DNA from: a virus
Taxonomy: Duplodnaviria > Caudoviricetes
Direction: 5' to 3' (one strand)
Length of the DNA: 32,595 nucleotides
Virus record (IMG/VR): IMGVR_UViG_3300047561_000635
Coordinates: 1 to 32,595 of that record
In this document: positions 16,313 through 24,582 of the stretch, piece by piece
Layout of the letters: each line of letters starts with the position of its first letter
Numbering within the stretch: position 1 is the first letter of the stretch
The notes under the pieces: model-generated
What the model was told of the DNA's origin: nothing
The model's database searches: none
Seen by the model: only the letters and a program-made list of their open reading frames with translations
Translations under genes and position numbers: made by a program

Positions 16313-17904
16313 TCGAACTCCGCCCATACCAACGCCGCACCATCGACGATCTGTATGCCTGGTTCTCAGCAGGCAACACCGGCAACCCCTGTGTCGTGCT
16401 GCCAACCGGAGGCGGCAAGTCGCACATCGTGGCTGCGCTTTGCAAAGACGCTTTGCAAAACTGGCCCGAGACGCGCATCTTGATGCTCACGCACGTCAAG
16501 GAGCTGATTGAGCAAAACTGCGAAAAGATGCTCCAGCATTGGCCTGATGCGCCGCTGGGTATCTACAGCGCCAGCCTCAACAAGCGTCAGATTGAACCCA
16601 TTACCTTTGCCGGGATTCAGTCGGTACGCCGCAAGGCTGGCCTGCTGGGCCACATTGATCTGGTGCTGGTCGATGAGTGCCACCTTATCAATCACAAGGA
16701 AGAAGGCGGCTACCGAACGCTGTTGGCCCAGCTTAAGCTCATCAACCCGCAGTTACGGGTAATAGGTTTGACGGCCACGCCTTACCGTTTGGGCCACGGA
16801 ATGATCACAGACGAGCCTGCGCTGTTCCACGGCCTGATTGAGCCGGTAATGATTGAGGAGTTGATTCACAAAGGGTACTTGTCTACTTTGCGATCCAAAA
16901 ACACCAAGTTCAAACTAAGTGTTGATGGCGTACACAAAAAGGGTGGCGAGTATATTGAATCGGAGTTGCAGGCAGCGGTGGACAATGAATTGAGCAACGC
17001 CCAGGTAGTCGCCGAGACAATTAGCCGCGCTGTGGATCGCAAAGCGTGGCTGTTTTTTTGCGCTGGCGTGAAGCACGCTGAGAACATTTGCGAGGAATTG
17101 ATTCGACAAGGCATCAAGGCTGCGTGCGTTACTGGCGAGACGCCCAGGCTAGAGCGCGAGCAGATGCTGGCCGACTTTAAGTCTGGTGCGTTGCAAGCAT
17201 TGACCAACGCCAATGTGCTGACGACAGGCTTTGATCACAGCGCCATTGACCTGATTGCTATGTGCAGACCTACGATGTCGCCTGGGCTATATGTCCAGAT
17301 GGCAGGTCGCGGTCTGCGTCCTAGCCCCGGCAAGACCGATTGCTTGGTCTTGGACTTTGCCGACATTATCAGCACGCACGGGCCTATCACCGCCGTGACG
17401 CCGCCCAAAAAGCCGGGTGAGGGCAATGGCGTCATACCCATGAAAGCGTGCCCCCAATGCGACGAGCTGGTGCATATTGCGGTGATGGTTTGCCCTCAAT
17501 GCGGTCATTTGTTTGAGGCGCAAGACAAAGCAAAGCTCAAGCTGCGTGATGACGTAGACATTATGGGTTTGGACGGCATTGAAATGCCTTTGACCGGCTG
17601 GAAGTGGCGCGAACACACTAGCCTAGCCAGCGGCAAAATGATGTTGGCGGTCAGCTACTACGGGCGGCTGTCTGATCCTGCCGTGACCGAATACTTTCCG
17701 GTCTTGCATGAGGGTTATGCAGGACAGAGAGCCATGAAGGAGGTCATCAAGATCGCAGACCGAGCCAAGATTGTCGGCATGAATGTGGACAATCTGAGCA
17801 GCTTGGCAGCGCAGTTGAGCAACGGCAATCCACCGATTCATATCAAGTATAAAAAGGACGGGAAGTTTTTTAGGGTTTTGAAAAAGGAGTGGCATGAAAA
17901 CTGA
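16309..17904 (+). CDS. Superfamily 2 helicase (RadD/YejH-like) with C-terminal zinc finger
   Basis: LPTGGGKS, DECH, GLTATP, VLTTGFD, QMAGRGLR and CPQC..CPQCG. Confidence 0.9.
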   Translation: MIELRPYQRRTIDDLYAWFSAGNTGNPCVVLPTGGGKSHIVAALCKDALQNWPETRILMLTHVKELIEQNCEKMLQHWPDAPLGIYSASLNKRQIEPITFAGIQSVRRKAGLLGHIDLVLVDECHLINHKEEGGYRTLLAQLKLINPQLRVIGLTATPYRLGHGMITDEPALFHGLIEPVMIEELIHKGYLSTLRSKNTKFKLSVDGVHKKGGEYIESELQAAVDNELSNAQVVAETISRAVDRKAWLFFCAGVKHAENICEELIRQGIKAACVTGETPRLEREQMLADFKSGALQALTNANVLTTGFDHSAIDLIAMCRPTMSPGLYVQMAGRGLRPSPGKTDCLVLDFADIISTHGPITAVTPPKKPGEGNGVIPMKACPQCDELVHIAVMVCPQCGHLFEAQDKAKLKLRDDVDIMGLDGIEMPLTGWKWREHTSLASGKMMLAVSYYGRLSDPAVTEYFPVLHEGYAGQRAMKEVIKIADRAKIVGMNVDNLSSLAAQLSNGNPPIHIKYKKDGKFFRVLKKEWHEN

Positions 17905-18238
17905 ACATTGTGAACAACGAGAGTTTGTGCAATGGTTTCGCCAGACTTACCCCGGCACGCTTATCTTTGCCATCCCCAACGGCGGGGCTCGGTCACCGGC
18001 CACCGCCTCAAGGCTGAAGGCTGAAGGCGTGGTGAAGGGCGTGCCAGACCTCTTTGTGCCAGCTTGGGAGACATGGATCGAGATGAAACGCACCAAAGGC
18101 GGAAGTCTCAGCCCAGAGCAAAACTTGATGCACTTGCACTTGCGAGGCTTGTTTTATAAGGTGCTGGTGACCAAGGGATTTGAAGACGCACAACGACAAA
18201 TAGAGGACTTGAGAAATGAAGTGGATGAAGTGGAATAA
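17894..18238 (+). CDS. VRR-NUC domain nuclease
   Basis: EHCEQ..FAIPNGG..LKAEGVVKGVPDL..WIEMK..LSPEQ. Confidence 0.85.
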   Translation: MKTEHCEQREFVQWFRQTYPGTLIFAIPNGGARSPATASRLKAEGVVKGVPDLFVPAWETWIEMKRTKGGSLSPEQNLMHLHLRGLFYKVLVTKGFEDAQRQIEDLRNEVDEVE

Positions 18239-18446
18239 GGGAAGCCCCCCAGAGGCGGGTTGGTATCCGACGATGAGAATCCGTTCACCGAGTTGGAACA
18301 ACGGCTGGCGCTGGTGGGACGGCGAGCGTTGGAGCTGGCCTGCGTTTCCGCATGAGTCGGCGGTAAAGGCAAGCAAGTGGGCCGCGATGAAAGAGCCTGC
18401 TGGGCATACCCCAGAGATTATGTGGGGGACAGCATGGGTGTTTTGA
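18216..18446 (+). CDS. Trp-rich hypothetical protein
   Basis: 76 aa with 12 Trp; PPEAGWYP..RWWDGERWS resembles GWY..RWWDG..W (DUF2510-like) motifs. Confidence 0.6.
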   Translation: MKWMKWNKGSPPEAGWYPTMRIRSPSWNNGWRWWDGERWSWPAFPHESAVKASKWAAMKEPAGHTPEIMWGTAWVF

Positions 18447-18694
18447 AGCAAGCAGCGGAGAAAGCGTTGCAGTGTTTGGATTTTCTTGATGGATATGCAA
18501 CTGACGCGCGCGATCACAAAGTCGCTCAAGCGGGCATCAGGGCGTTAACCGCTGCCCTCGCGCAGCCTGATACGGAAATGCAGACATACAAAGATGCACT
18601 TACTTGGATTTCCTCGGTAAATGCTATGGATTATGAGTACCAGCGCAAAGCAATTAACGCTCTCAAAGCGCATGGAATTGGGGGTGAGGTATGA
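18434..18694 (+). CDS. Small accessory protein, paralog 1
   Basis: Likely start MGVLKQAAE (ATG 18434); AALAQP linker and KAHGI ending. Confidence 0.6.
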   Translation: MGVLKQAAEKALQCLDFLDGYATDARDHKVAQAGIRALTAALAQPDTEMQTYKDALTWISSVNAMDYEYQRKAINALKAHGIGGEV

Positions 18695-18933
18695 GTGACC
18701 TACGCAAAGCAGCGCAACAAGTATTGAAGACTTGGGACACCGAGGACTGGTTTGATGCGGACGCCCTCCGCGCTGCCCTCGCGCAGCCTGAGCGCAAGCC
18801 GCTGACGGAAGAGGAGATTGAGTTGGCTTACCGAGAAATCTGGCGTGATTTGTCAGATAGCTTTAGCCACACATCAGCAGAGTGGATTGAAGCAGGCATC
18901 CGCTACGCTGAAAAAGTGCATGGGATTGAGTGA
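18691..18933 (+). CDS. Small accessory protein, paralog 2
   Basis: GAGG RBS and ATGA overlap; LRAALAQPERKPLTEEEI..KVHGI. Confidence 0.7.
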   Translation: MSDLRKAAQQVLKTWDTEDWFDADALRAALAQPERKPLTEEEIELAYREIWRDLSDSFSHTSAEWIEAGIRYAEKVHGIE

Positions 18934-18950
18934 TTTTAGGAGAATTATCA

Positions 18951-19112
18951 ATGAGCGATAAATACCACCGCACAATGCAGTCAGCTTTTGGCCCCTACAC
19001 ATCGAACCAAATTGATGAAGACCTAGACCCCGCAGAAACGTGGCTGTTTTGGCTGGCCATCGGCGTCACGATCTTGCTGGCCATTCTGATCATAGGGTTG
19101 CTGGTATGCTGA
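18951..19112 (+). CDS. Small membrane protein
   Basis: AGGAG RBS, ATG 18951; RTMQSAFGPY motif and a C-terminal TM helix. Confidence 0.65.
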   Translation: MSDKYHRTMQSAFGPYTSNQIDEDLDPAETWLFWLAIGVTILLAILIIGLLVC

Positions 19113-19297
19113 TCTTCCGCAGAGCCATGCTGGTGGCTATGATGACCGAGGACGCACCAGTTGAGAAGGCAGAGGCCATCGTGCTGGGGGCGTTGGCCGC
19201 TGTCGGCTACACCATCCCCACGCCCCTTCCTGTGCCCATCCTTCAAGACGTCGTGGCTTTGACTTTGTACATCCGCAACTATGCAAAACCACTTTGA
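19106..19297 (+). CDS. Hypothetical protein
   Basis: ATG 19106 (MLIFRRAML) overlaps the upstream stop, within ORF 19040..19297. Confidence 0.5.
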   Translation: MLIFRRAMLVAMMTEDAPVEKAEAIVLGALAAVGYTIPTPLPVPILQDVVALTLYIRNYAKPL

Positions 19298-19433
19298 AGA
19301 TTGGCAGCGCGAGACGTTGATCCAGTTTGCGAACGAAGCAAACGAAAAACTGAAGCAGCAGCAGGCCGAGATCGAAGCGCTGCGCTCAGATTTGAAGATG
19401 TTGCTAAAGGTGTGGCGTGATCAAATGTCCTGA
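19281..19433 (+). CDS. Small coiled-coil protein (50 aa)
   Basis: Hand-translated MQNHFEDWQRETLIQFANEANEKLKQQQAEIEALRSDLKMLLKVWRDQMS; fills the gap between neighbours. Confidence 0.6.
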   Translation: MQNHFEDWQRETLIQFANEANEKLKQQQAEIEALRSDLKMLLKVWRDQMS

Positions 19434-19599
19434 GTGCGGACGCCACGCCAAGGTCAAGGAGTCACGCCCGCGCCCGTGGGGGCGATACCGGCGGTTTGAG
19501 TGCCAAACAGGGCATCGGTGGAGCGTTGTGGAACGCAGTACAGATACGCCCCCTGCTGCTGACAGTACCAAAGATCGTCCTCCTCCTCAGGAGGAGTAG
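19417..19599 (+). CDS. Zinc-ribbon protein (NrdR N-terminus/Ogr-like)
   Basis: KCPECG..VKESR..RRFECQTGHRWS. Confidence 0.65.
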   Translation: MIKCPECGRHAKVKESRPRPWGRYRRFECQTGHRWSVVERSTDTPPAADSTKDRPPPQEE

Positions 19600-19636
19600 C
19601 GCAGCCTATCAGCAGGAGCAGGATTAGCCGCCACAC
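19454..19636 (-). CDS. Putative lipoprotein of the lysis cassette (spanin-like candidate)
   Basis: GTG start overlaps the endolysin end; MWRLILLLLIG-C lipobox (LIGC) plus two further Cys. Confidence 0.45.
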   Translation of the reverse strand: MWRLILLLLIGCATPPEEEDDLWYCQQQGAYLYCVPQRSTDALFGTQTAGIAPTGAGVTP

Positions 19637-20139
19637 ATCTTGAGCGCGGTCACTCGGACTTCTTCAACCCGGCGCTCCCAGCCTTTGCCGAAGGTCGGCC
19701 AGGTTTCGCGTCTTTGAAGAAACGCAAGCCGGTTTGCGCTGTACTTGTCGATCAGCATCGTAGGGTTGGTCAACAGCACCAGCTTGAGGGTTTGCTCACC
19801 GATTGCGCCATCGGCAACGGCTGCGACAGTCGTCTGGATCCACTTGGCTGCCCTGCTGACGCCTGAGTTGACGGCAGCGTCAAACACGCAGTAGTCCACG
19901 CCAGCAGGCAGTTTGTCGCCCTTGACGCGATCCCAGTACATTTCGCGGTACAGCGGCGCAACCTTGGCTGGCGTGAGCGCCTTCATCTCGGCCTCGCTTA
20001 CTGCGCGGTCGATCCAGTCCTCCCATACGACCTGCGTCACTCCGTGGTTGGTGCGACCACCTGGGTCTTGCGGGTGGTCACTGTAACCCCCTTCTGAACG
20101 GAGCAAATGCTCAAGAGCTTTGTCAAAGTTTTCGCGCAT
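19624..20139 (-). CDS. Endolysin, glycoside hydrolase family 108 with peptidoglycan-binding C-terminus
   Basis: EGGYSDHPQDPGGRTNHGVT, FDAAVNSG, DGAIG and FGKGWERRV; start MRENF at 20139. Confidence 0.9.
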   Translation of the reverse strand: MRENFDKALEHLLRSEGGYSDHPQDPGGRTNHGVTQVVWEDWIDRAVSEAEMKALTPAKVAPLYREMYWDRVKGDKLPAGVDYCVFDAAVNSGVSRAAKWIQTTVAAVADGAIGEQTLKLVLLTNPTMLIDKYSANRLAFLQRRETWPTFGKGWERRVEEVRVTALKMCGG

Positions 20140-20605
20140 CTTTTTCCTTGCTTCCAATACTGGAACCAAACCAAAAGTTCAGCATGGTGGCGATGACCGT
20201 GCCTAGGATAAACCCGAGAATCGTATCGGCGAACCGGACATTTGTATCTGGAATTATCGAGAAAGTAATAAAACCAATGTAGACCGCAGCAGCAATGCTC
20301 CAAAACGAGGTCAGGTACATCGTGAACCGCTTGCTGAACACGTCCGACTGGGCCAGCGCAGCGATCTGCATGGCCCGAGCGTTTTCGGTGTTGGCGTATT
20401 CTGCTTTCAGTTTATCTAGATCGATCTGCGCCAGCTTCAGCGCGGCTTCGGGATCTGCCCTGACTGCCTGCGTCACCGCCTCAACCGTGTCGGCGACACC
20501 CAGCTTGCCAGCAATAGCCGATACAGCCAGACCCCCCAAGGGGCCAGCAACAGCAGTTGCAAGAGTGGGGGCAATGCTTCCGAGAAGTTTGAGCAGTTCA
20601 TTCAT
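20123..20605 (-). CDS. Holin-like membrane protein
   Basis: IAPTLATAVAGPLGG N-terminus, two C-terminal TM helices and FWFGSSIGSKEKD; directly upstream of the endolysin. Confidence 0.7.
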   Translation of the reverse strand: MNELLKLLGSIAPTLATAVAGPLGGLAVSAIAGKLGVADTVEAVTQAVRADPEAALKLAQIDLDKLKAEYANTENARAMQIAALAQSDVFSKRFTMYLTSFWSIAAAVYIGFITFSIIPDTNVRFADTILGFILGTVIATMLNFWFGSSIGSKEKDARKL

Positions 20606-20835
20606 TTGTCTGCCTTGTTGTCTAATCTGTCAAACAATTTAGTCAACATATCTTTGATCTCACGAATGTCATCTTTGTAATCATCGCGCACAACATATGT
20701 GCGGGGCAACTCCTCACGCAGTTTGGCGAGATCGGCCTTCAACTCTTTCACCGCATTCCACAGCTCGCGAGCAAACCATCCAAGCACGGCAGACGCCGCA
20801 CCGAACGCCAAGTTGATGAGGTTCTGGGAGTCCAT
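20602..20835 (-). CDS. Small TM + coiled-coil lysis-region protein (holin/antiholin-like)
   Basis: Start MDSQNLINL (ATG 20835); one TM helix then coiled coil LPRTYVVRDDY..LDNKADK. Confidence 0.65.
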   Translation of the reverse strand: MDSQNLINLAFGAASAVLGWFARELWNAVKELKADLAKLREELPRTYVVRDDYKDDIREIKDMLTKLFDRLDNKADK

Positions 20836-21224
20836 CAGGCACTCACCTGAGACGCCGCCACGAACAGGTCGTCGACTTCGGTGCTGGTCAGGCCCAGCAT
20901 TGTCGCCAGCGCGTTCAGCGTCGGTGAACTTCTCTCCCAGTCTGCCGCATTTTCCCAAGCCAGCCTTTGGACGTTATTTGCGTCCAGCGTGGCGATATGG
21001 GTTCTGACGGTGTCCAGATACCCGCCAGCCGCGAGGATCGCAAGGGCTTGAAACCTCGTCACCGTGCTGGGGATGGGTGGCGGTGGTGGCACATAAGGCT
21101 CAGGCACGTTGCCTTCGGCGAGCCATTGCAGATATTGCTGGTAGTCGGTGTTGCCGGGGTCGGCTGGGATATATGCGCCGTCAAAAATGCGGATAATTGT
21201 GGTGGAAGCAGTTAAGTTATACAT
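20835..21224 (-). CDS. Tail-fibre assembly-like protein
   Basis: IPADPGNTDYQQYLQWLAEGNVPEP and VTRFQAL..VDDLF; follows the tail fibre gene. Confidence 0.7.
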   Translation of the reverse strand: MYNLTASTTIIRIFDGAYIPADPGNTDYQQYLQWLAEGNVPEPYVPPPPPIPSTVTRFQALAILAAGGYLDTVRTHIATLDANNVQRLAWENAADWERSSPTLNALATMLGLTSTEVDDLFVAASQVSA

Positions 21225-21226
21225 GA

Positions 21227-22384
21227 TTACAACTCCGCAGATGCTGACAAGGTTTCAGAAAATTGAACATTGCTTGATGCTGTTGCGGCTCTGTAAACTG
21301 TCACACCATTAAATAAACCACCTAAAATGTATGTCGATGTAGAGCCTACATTTTGCTGGGTAAGTGTCACATTATTGGCAACTTGTGCTATTGTTGGTGC
21401 GGCTCTTTTATCAACTTTCCAATAAGCGGTGCCGCCATTGTTGTTTCCAGAAACACTAGTTGGCAAAATAAAACTAAACGGCGCAATTTCATAATACCTC
21501 TGACACAACGCCAACTCCATCCCAATCGGACGTTGCTCAAATGGCGTGGCTACGCTTCCAAATTCCAACTGCCAATTTCCAATATTCCACGTTCCAGATA
21601 TTTGAGCGCCAACGCTTAATTCAATTTCAATACCTGTTGTTGCTGCGGCTGGAATGGTAATATTTGTGCTATAGCGAGTCAGCGTTGAATTAACGGTAAA
21701 CGTGCCAGTGGCAATAGATGTGCGAGTTGGGCTTGCAAGCGTGCCAAAAGTGTTTGCGGTGTTGGCATACCATGCCGTCCAAGTGACGGTGGTCAGCAGG
21801 CTGTTAGACAGGTCTATCGACAGCGTGGCGGTGTTGCCAGCAAGGTCTTGACAGTTAAGGTTTTCAATTCGCTGTGCAAAACCAATCTTGGTGACCGATG
21901 CCGCGCCTGTGAAACGGTAGAGATAAGCGTTGGGTGCCGTGCCAGCCACGCGCTGGCCGGTGACGTTTGCGCCCGTGCAATAGGCGTAAAACCGATCTAC
22001 CGTGTAGGCCAACGCGGCGGCGGCGGTGATGGTCTGTGATGCGCCAGAATTTTTTTGGTCAGCGTAGAAATTTCCATTAATGATACGATTACGAAGGCCT
22101 CCAAACGCTCCACCCATCAAATTAGATGCAGTAATAGAACCCAACGAGCTGCCATATGCCAGCGCATCGCCTGCCACCGTTGGTGCGCCCAAACCCGTGA
22201 GCTTAAAGCTGCCCATCGGGATGTTGGCCGTAGGCACGGTCTGGCCATCCTTGGCCAGACTTTGCGTCAAGGCCGTGGCAATGTCAGACAGCGTGTTATT
22301 GGCCCAAGTGCTGCTAATGGTCGTGCCGGTAACTACCGGATTACCCGCAGCTAACGTATATGTTCCTGCTCCGTTGCGACTCAT
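21227..22384 (-). CDS. Tail fibre protein
   Basis: MSRNGAGTYTL..GTTISSTWAN..DG N-terminal anchor; RNRIINGNF..VDRF, QLEFGSVATPFEQRPIGMELALCQRYY and terminal SAEL. Confidence 0.8.
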   Translation of the reverse strand: MSRNGAGTYTLAAGNPVVTGTTISSTWANNTLSDIATALTQSLAKDGQTVPTANIPMGSFKLTGLGAPTVAGDALAYGSSLGSITASNLMGGAFGGLRNRIINGNFYADQKNSGASQTITAAAALAYTVDRFYAYCTGANVTGQRVAGTAPNAYLYRFTGAASVTKIGFAQRIENLNCQDLAGNTATLSIDLSNSLLTTVTWTAWYANTANTFGTLASPTRTSIATGTFTVNSTLTRYSTNITIPAAATTGIEIELSVGAQISGTWNIGNWQLEFGSVATPFEQRPIGMELALCQRYYEIAPFSFILPTSVSGNNNGGTAYWKVDKRAAPTIAQVANNVTLTQQNVGSTSTYILGGLFNGVTVYRAATASSNVQFSETLSASAEL

Positions 22385-22391
22385 GTGATCC

Positions 22392-22754
22392 TCACTTCAG
22401 CGTCAGTTTGTACAGCGTGGCCAGATACAGCCCAACGATCTCGTCGATGATGTTGTTCAGCGGCGAGTCATCTGCGGGCACAAAGTCTCGCGTCTCCTCA
22501 ATGGCATCCATGTGCAGCTTCAGCACATCCACAATGTCGCCCTTGGGGTTGCTCAGGTTTGGCAAACTGCCAATGCGCTGACCCGTGCGGCCCATCCAGG
22601 CCTCGGTAAACTTGTCGGCCAACTCAATGACCGAATCGTAGAACCCGCCCAATGCCATGTGCTGGGCAAAACTGGTCGTGTTCAAATGGGCAATGTGCGC
22701 TGCGTCTCGGCTGAGAAACAGCAGGGCTAGGAATTGTTGGGCGTCGGATTTCAT
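22392..22754 (-). CDS. Ferritin/Dps-like four-helix protein (DUF5856-like)
   Basis: AHIAHLNTTSFAQHMALGGFYD..LADKFTEAWMG..NIIDEI..TLYKL. Confidence 0.65.
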   Translation of the reverse strand: MKSDAQQFLALLFLSRDAAHIAHLNTTSFAQHMALGGFYDSVIELADKFTEAWMGRTGQRIGSLPNLSNPKGDIVDVLKLHMDAIEETRDFVPADDSPLNNIIDEIVGLYLATLYKLTLK

Positions 22755-22755
22755 G

Positions 22756-24582
22756 TCATTGCTCTGCGTTAGCGATGGCTGGCATAGCCATCAGGACTGA
22801 CTGCGGAAGATTCCGAATGATCTGCTGCCGTTGAGTTGGTGGGATGCGTGCAAGTTCTTGCTCAACCAGACGAGCCACGCCCGCTGGATCGGTGGCAAGC
22901 ATCTGATCCAGTTGCGCCAACACCCGAGCATTTTGCCCGCTAGTTGCCACAGATGCCAACCCAGAAACACCACGGGTGGCCATGTTCAAACCGGGCACTT
23001 GACTGCTTATCTCAAGCAATCGGGAGATGACCGGCGCTTCACTTGTGATGTGCTGGGCAATCATGTCGCCTTGGGCCAATCGGCGGGCTGTGGCTGATCC
23101 TGTGCCTGCGCCACGCTTGAGTGCTTCGGCCATGCGAGAAGCATCCGAGGTGACGCCTTGCACGGTCGTCATCTGCTGTGGCGTTAGCACTCTGGCCATT
23201 TGTGAGCCTGAAAACCCCGTGGCATTGCGAGCCAAAGCATCAGGGTCTTGCATTGTTCTGGCCAATGATGCGTAGTTCAAACTGGCAGGCACATCGCCAG
23301 CGGTAGCAGGAATTAACCTATTTGCTAATGCTTGACCAATTTGCCGCTGATTGATTGGCTCGCTCATTTGTTGAAATGTTTGACGTGCCAAATCATAAGT
23401 TGAACTGATTTGCGCCATGCCTTCAATCAAATCTCTTTGCAATCCTTGATATGCTGATGCCATTTCATTGTCGCCAGCCCGTACAGCTTGCCCAATTTTG
23501 CTATCAATGGCTTTTTTGACCCAATGCATTCCTTGAATAGAAGATTCATTGTCCATATTGACGCCACGAATTCCTGCAAGTTCTCTAGCGCGAGCTAAAA
23601 CATCTTCTGGAATTCTTTGTTGAAAAGCTGCAATGTTGGCTTGTGCTTGTGGCTCCAAAGTTGCCAGATCAATACCTTCTGCTCTTGCTTGGCCATACAA
23701 AGTGTCTGCCGTAGTTCCACGTTGCGTTATCAACTGAGCCAATTCATCAGGAGTACCGCTAATATCCCGCAACGCATTGGCCAACGCCGTGCGATTGGCT
23801 TGAGCAGACCGAGCCAGCTCACCTGATGACAACTGAGCTGTAATTGCATCTTCAATGGCGTTCAACCCTTCGCTGGTCGTCCTTGCCCCAGCAGACAAAT
23901 TGACGCCTGGAGTGGCTGCACCTTGACCACCGCCGCGCAGTTGCGCTGCCAGTTGCTGCGCGTCTGCTCCAGCGGCTCGGGTCAGCATCCCGCCAACAAT
24001 GCGATCAGTCCCTGCGAACGGGTCGTAAAACGTAGCACGAGCAGCGCGGTAGCCGCCCACAGCAGCAGGCACGATGCCGCCCGTAACACCGCCAAAAACG
24101 GCGTTTCCAAAGCGGCTGTCGCCTGTGCCTACTGGTTGTACCAGCCCCATGCCCGTGCCAAGTGCAGCGCCGCCCACTAACGTATTGACGCCAGGAATGG
24201 CAGCAGTTGGCAAGAACGCCGCCACATTGCCAGCAATGTTGCCTGCCATGCCCGAGCCTGTGGACATCAAGGACTCGTCTAGGCGGCGAGACTCATCAAT
24301 GTCGGCCTGCGTTGGCAGGCCCATGCGATTGGCTAGTTTTTCGGGCAGCACACCTCGAGCCGCTTGTCCAAGGCCACGGGCAATGTCAGCGCCAGCTTTG
24401 CCATAGCCTGCCGTTAACAACTCAAGGGTTGACATATCCTCCGTCGGATTGACAGCCATTGCGGGTGCTTGCTGCTGCTTGCTTTGATGGTACTCATTAG
24501 CCATGCGCCATGCAGTCTTGGCATCAGGCGCATCAACCTCATAGGTCTTGCCGCCGACGTCGACATCAAAGGTCTTGCTCAT
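22756..24582 (-). CDS. Probable internal virion/DNA ejection protein (large)
   Basis: 608 aa, A/G/Q-rich and helical; last of three genes after the nozzle and GNAT. Confidence 0.6.
   Translation of the reverse strand: MSKTFDVDVGGKTYEVDAPDAKTAWRMANEYHQSKQQQAPAMAVNPTEDMSTLELLTAGYGKAGADIARGLGQAARGVLPEKLANRMGLPTQADIDESRRLDESLMSTGSGMAGNIAGNVAAFLPTAAIPGVNTLVGGAALGTGMGLVQPVGTGDSRFGNAVFGGVTGGIVPAAVGGYRAARATFYDPFAGTDRIVGGMLTRAAGADAQQLAAQLRGGGQGAATPGVNLSAGARTTSEGLNAIEDAITAQLSSGELARSAQANRTALANALRDISGTPDELAQLITQRGTTADTLYGQARAEGIDLATLEPQAQANIAAFQQRIPEDVLARARELAGIRGVNMDNESSIQGMHWVKKAIDSKIGQAVRAGDNEMASAYQGLQRDLIEGMAQISSTYDLARQTFQQMSEPINQRQIGQALANRLIPATAGDVPASLNYASLARTMQDPDALARNATGFSGSQMARVLTPQQMTTVQGVTSDASRMAEALKRGAGTGSATARRLAQGDMIAQHITSEAPVISRLLEISSQVPGLNMATRGVSGLASVATSGQNARVLAQLDQMLATDPAGVARLVEQELARIPPTQRQQIIRNLPQSVLMAMPAIANAEQ

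Noticed and set aside
21227-22384. Tail fibre as a diversity-generating retroelement target
   Set aside because: No reverse transcriptase, and I saw no template/variable repeat pair in the window.
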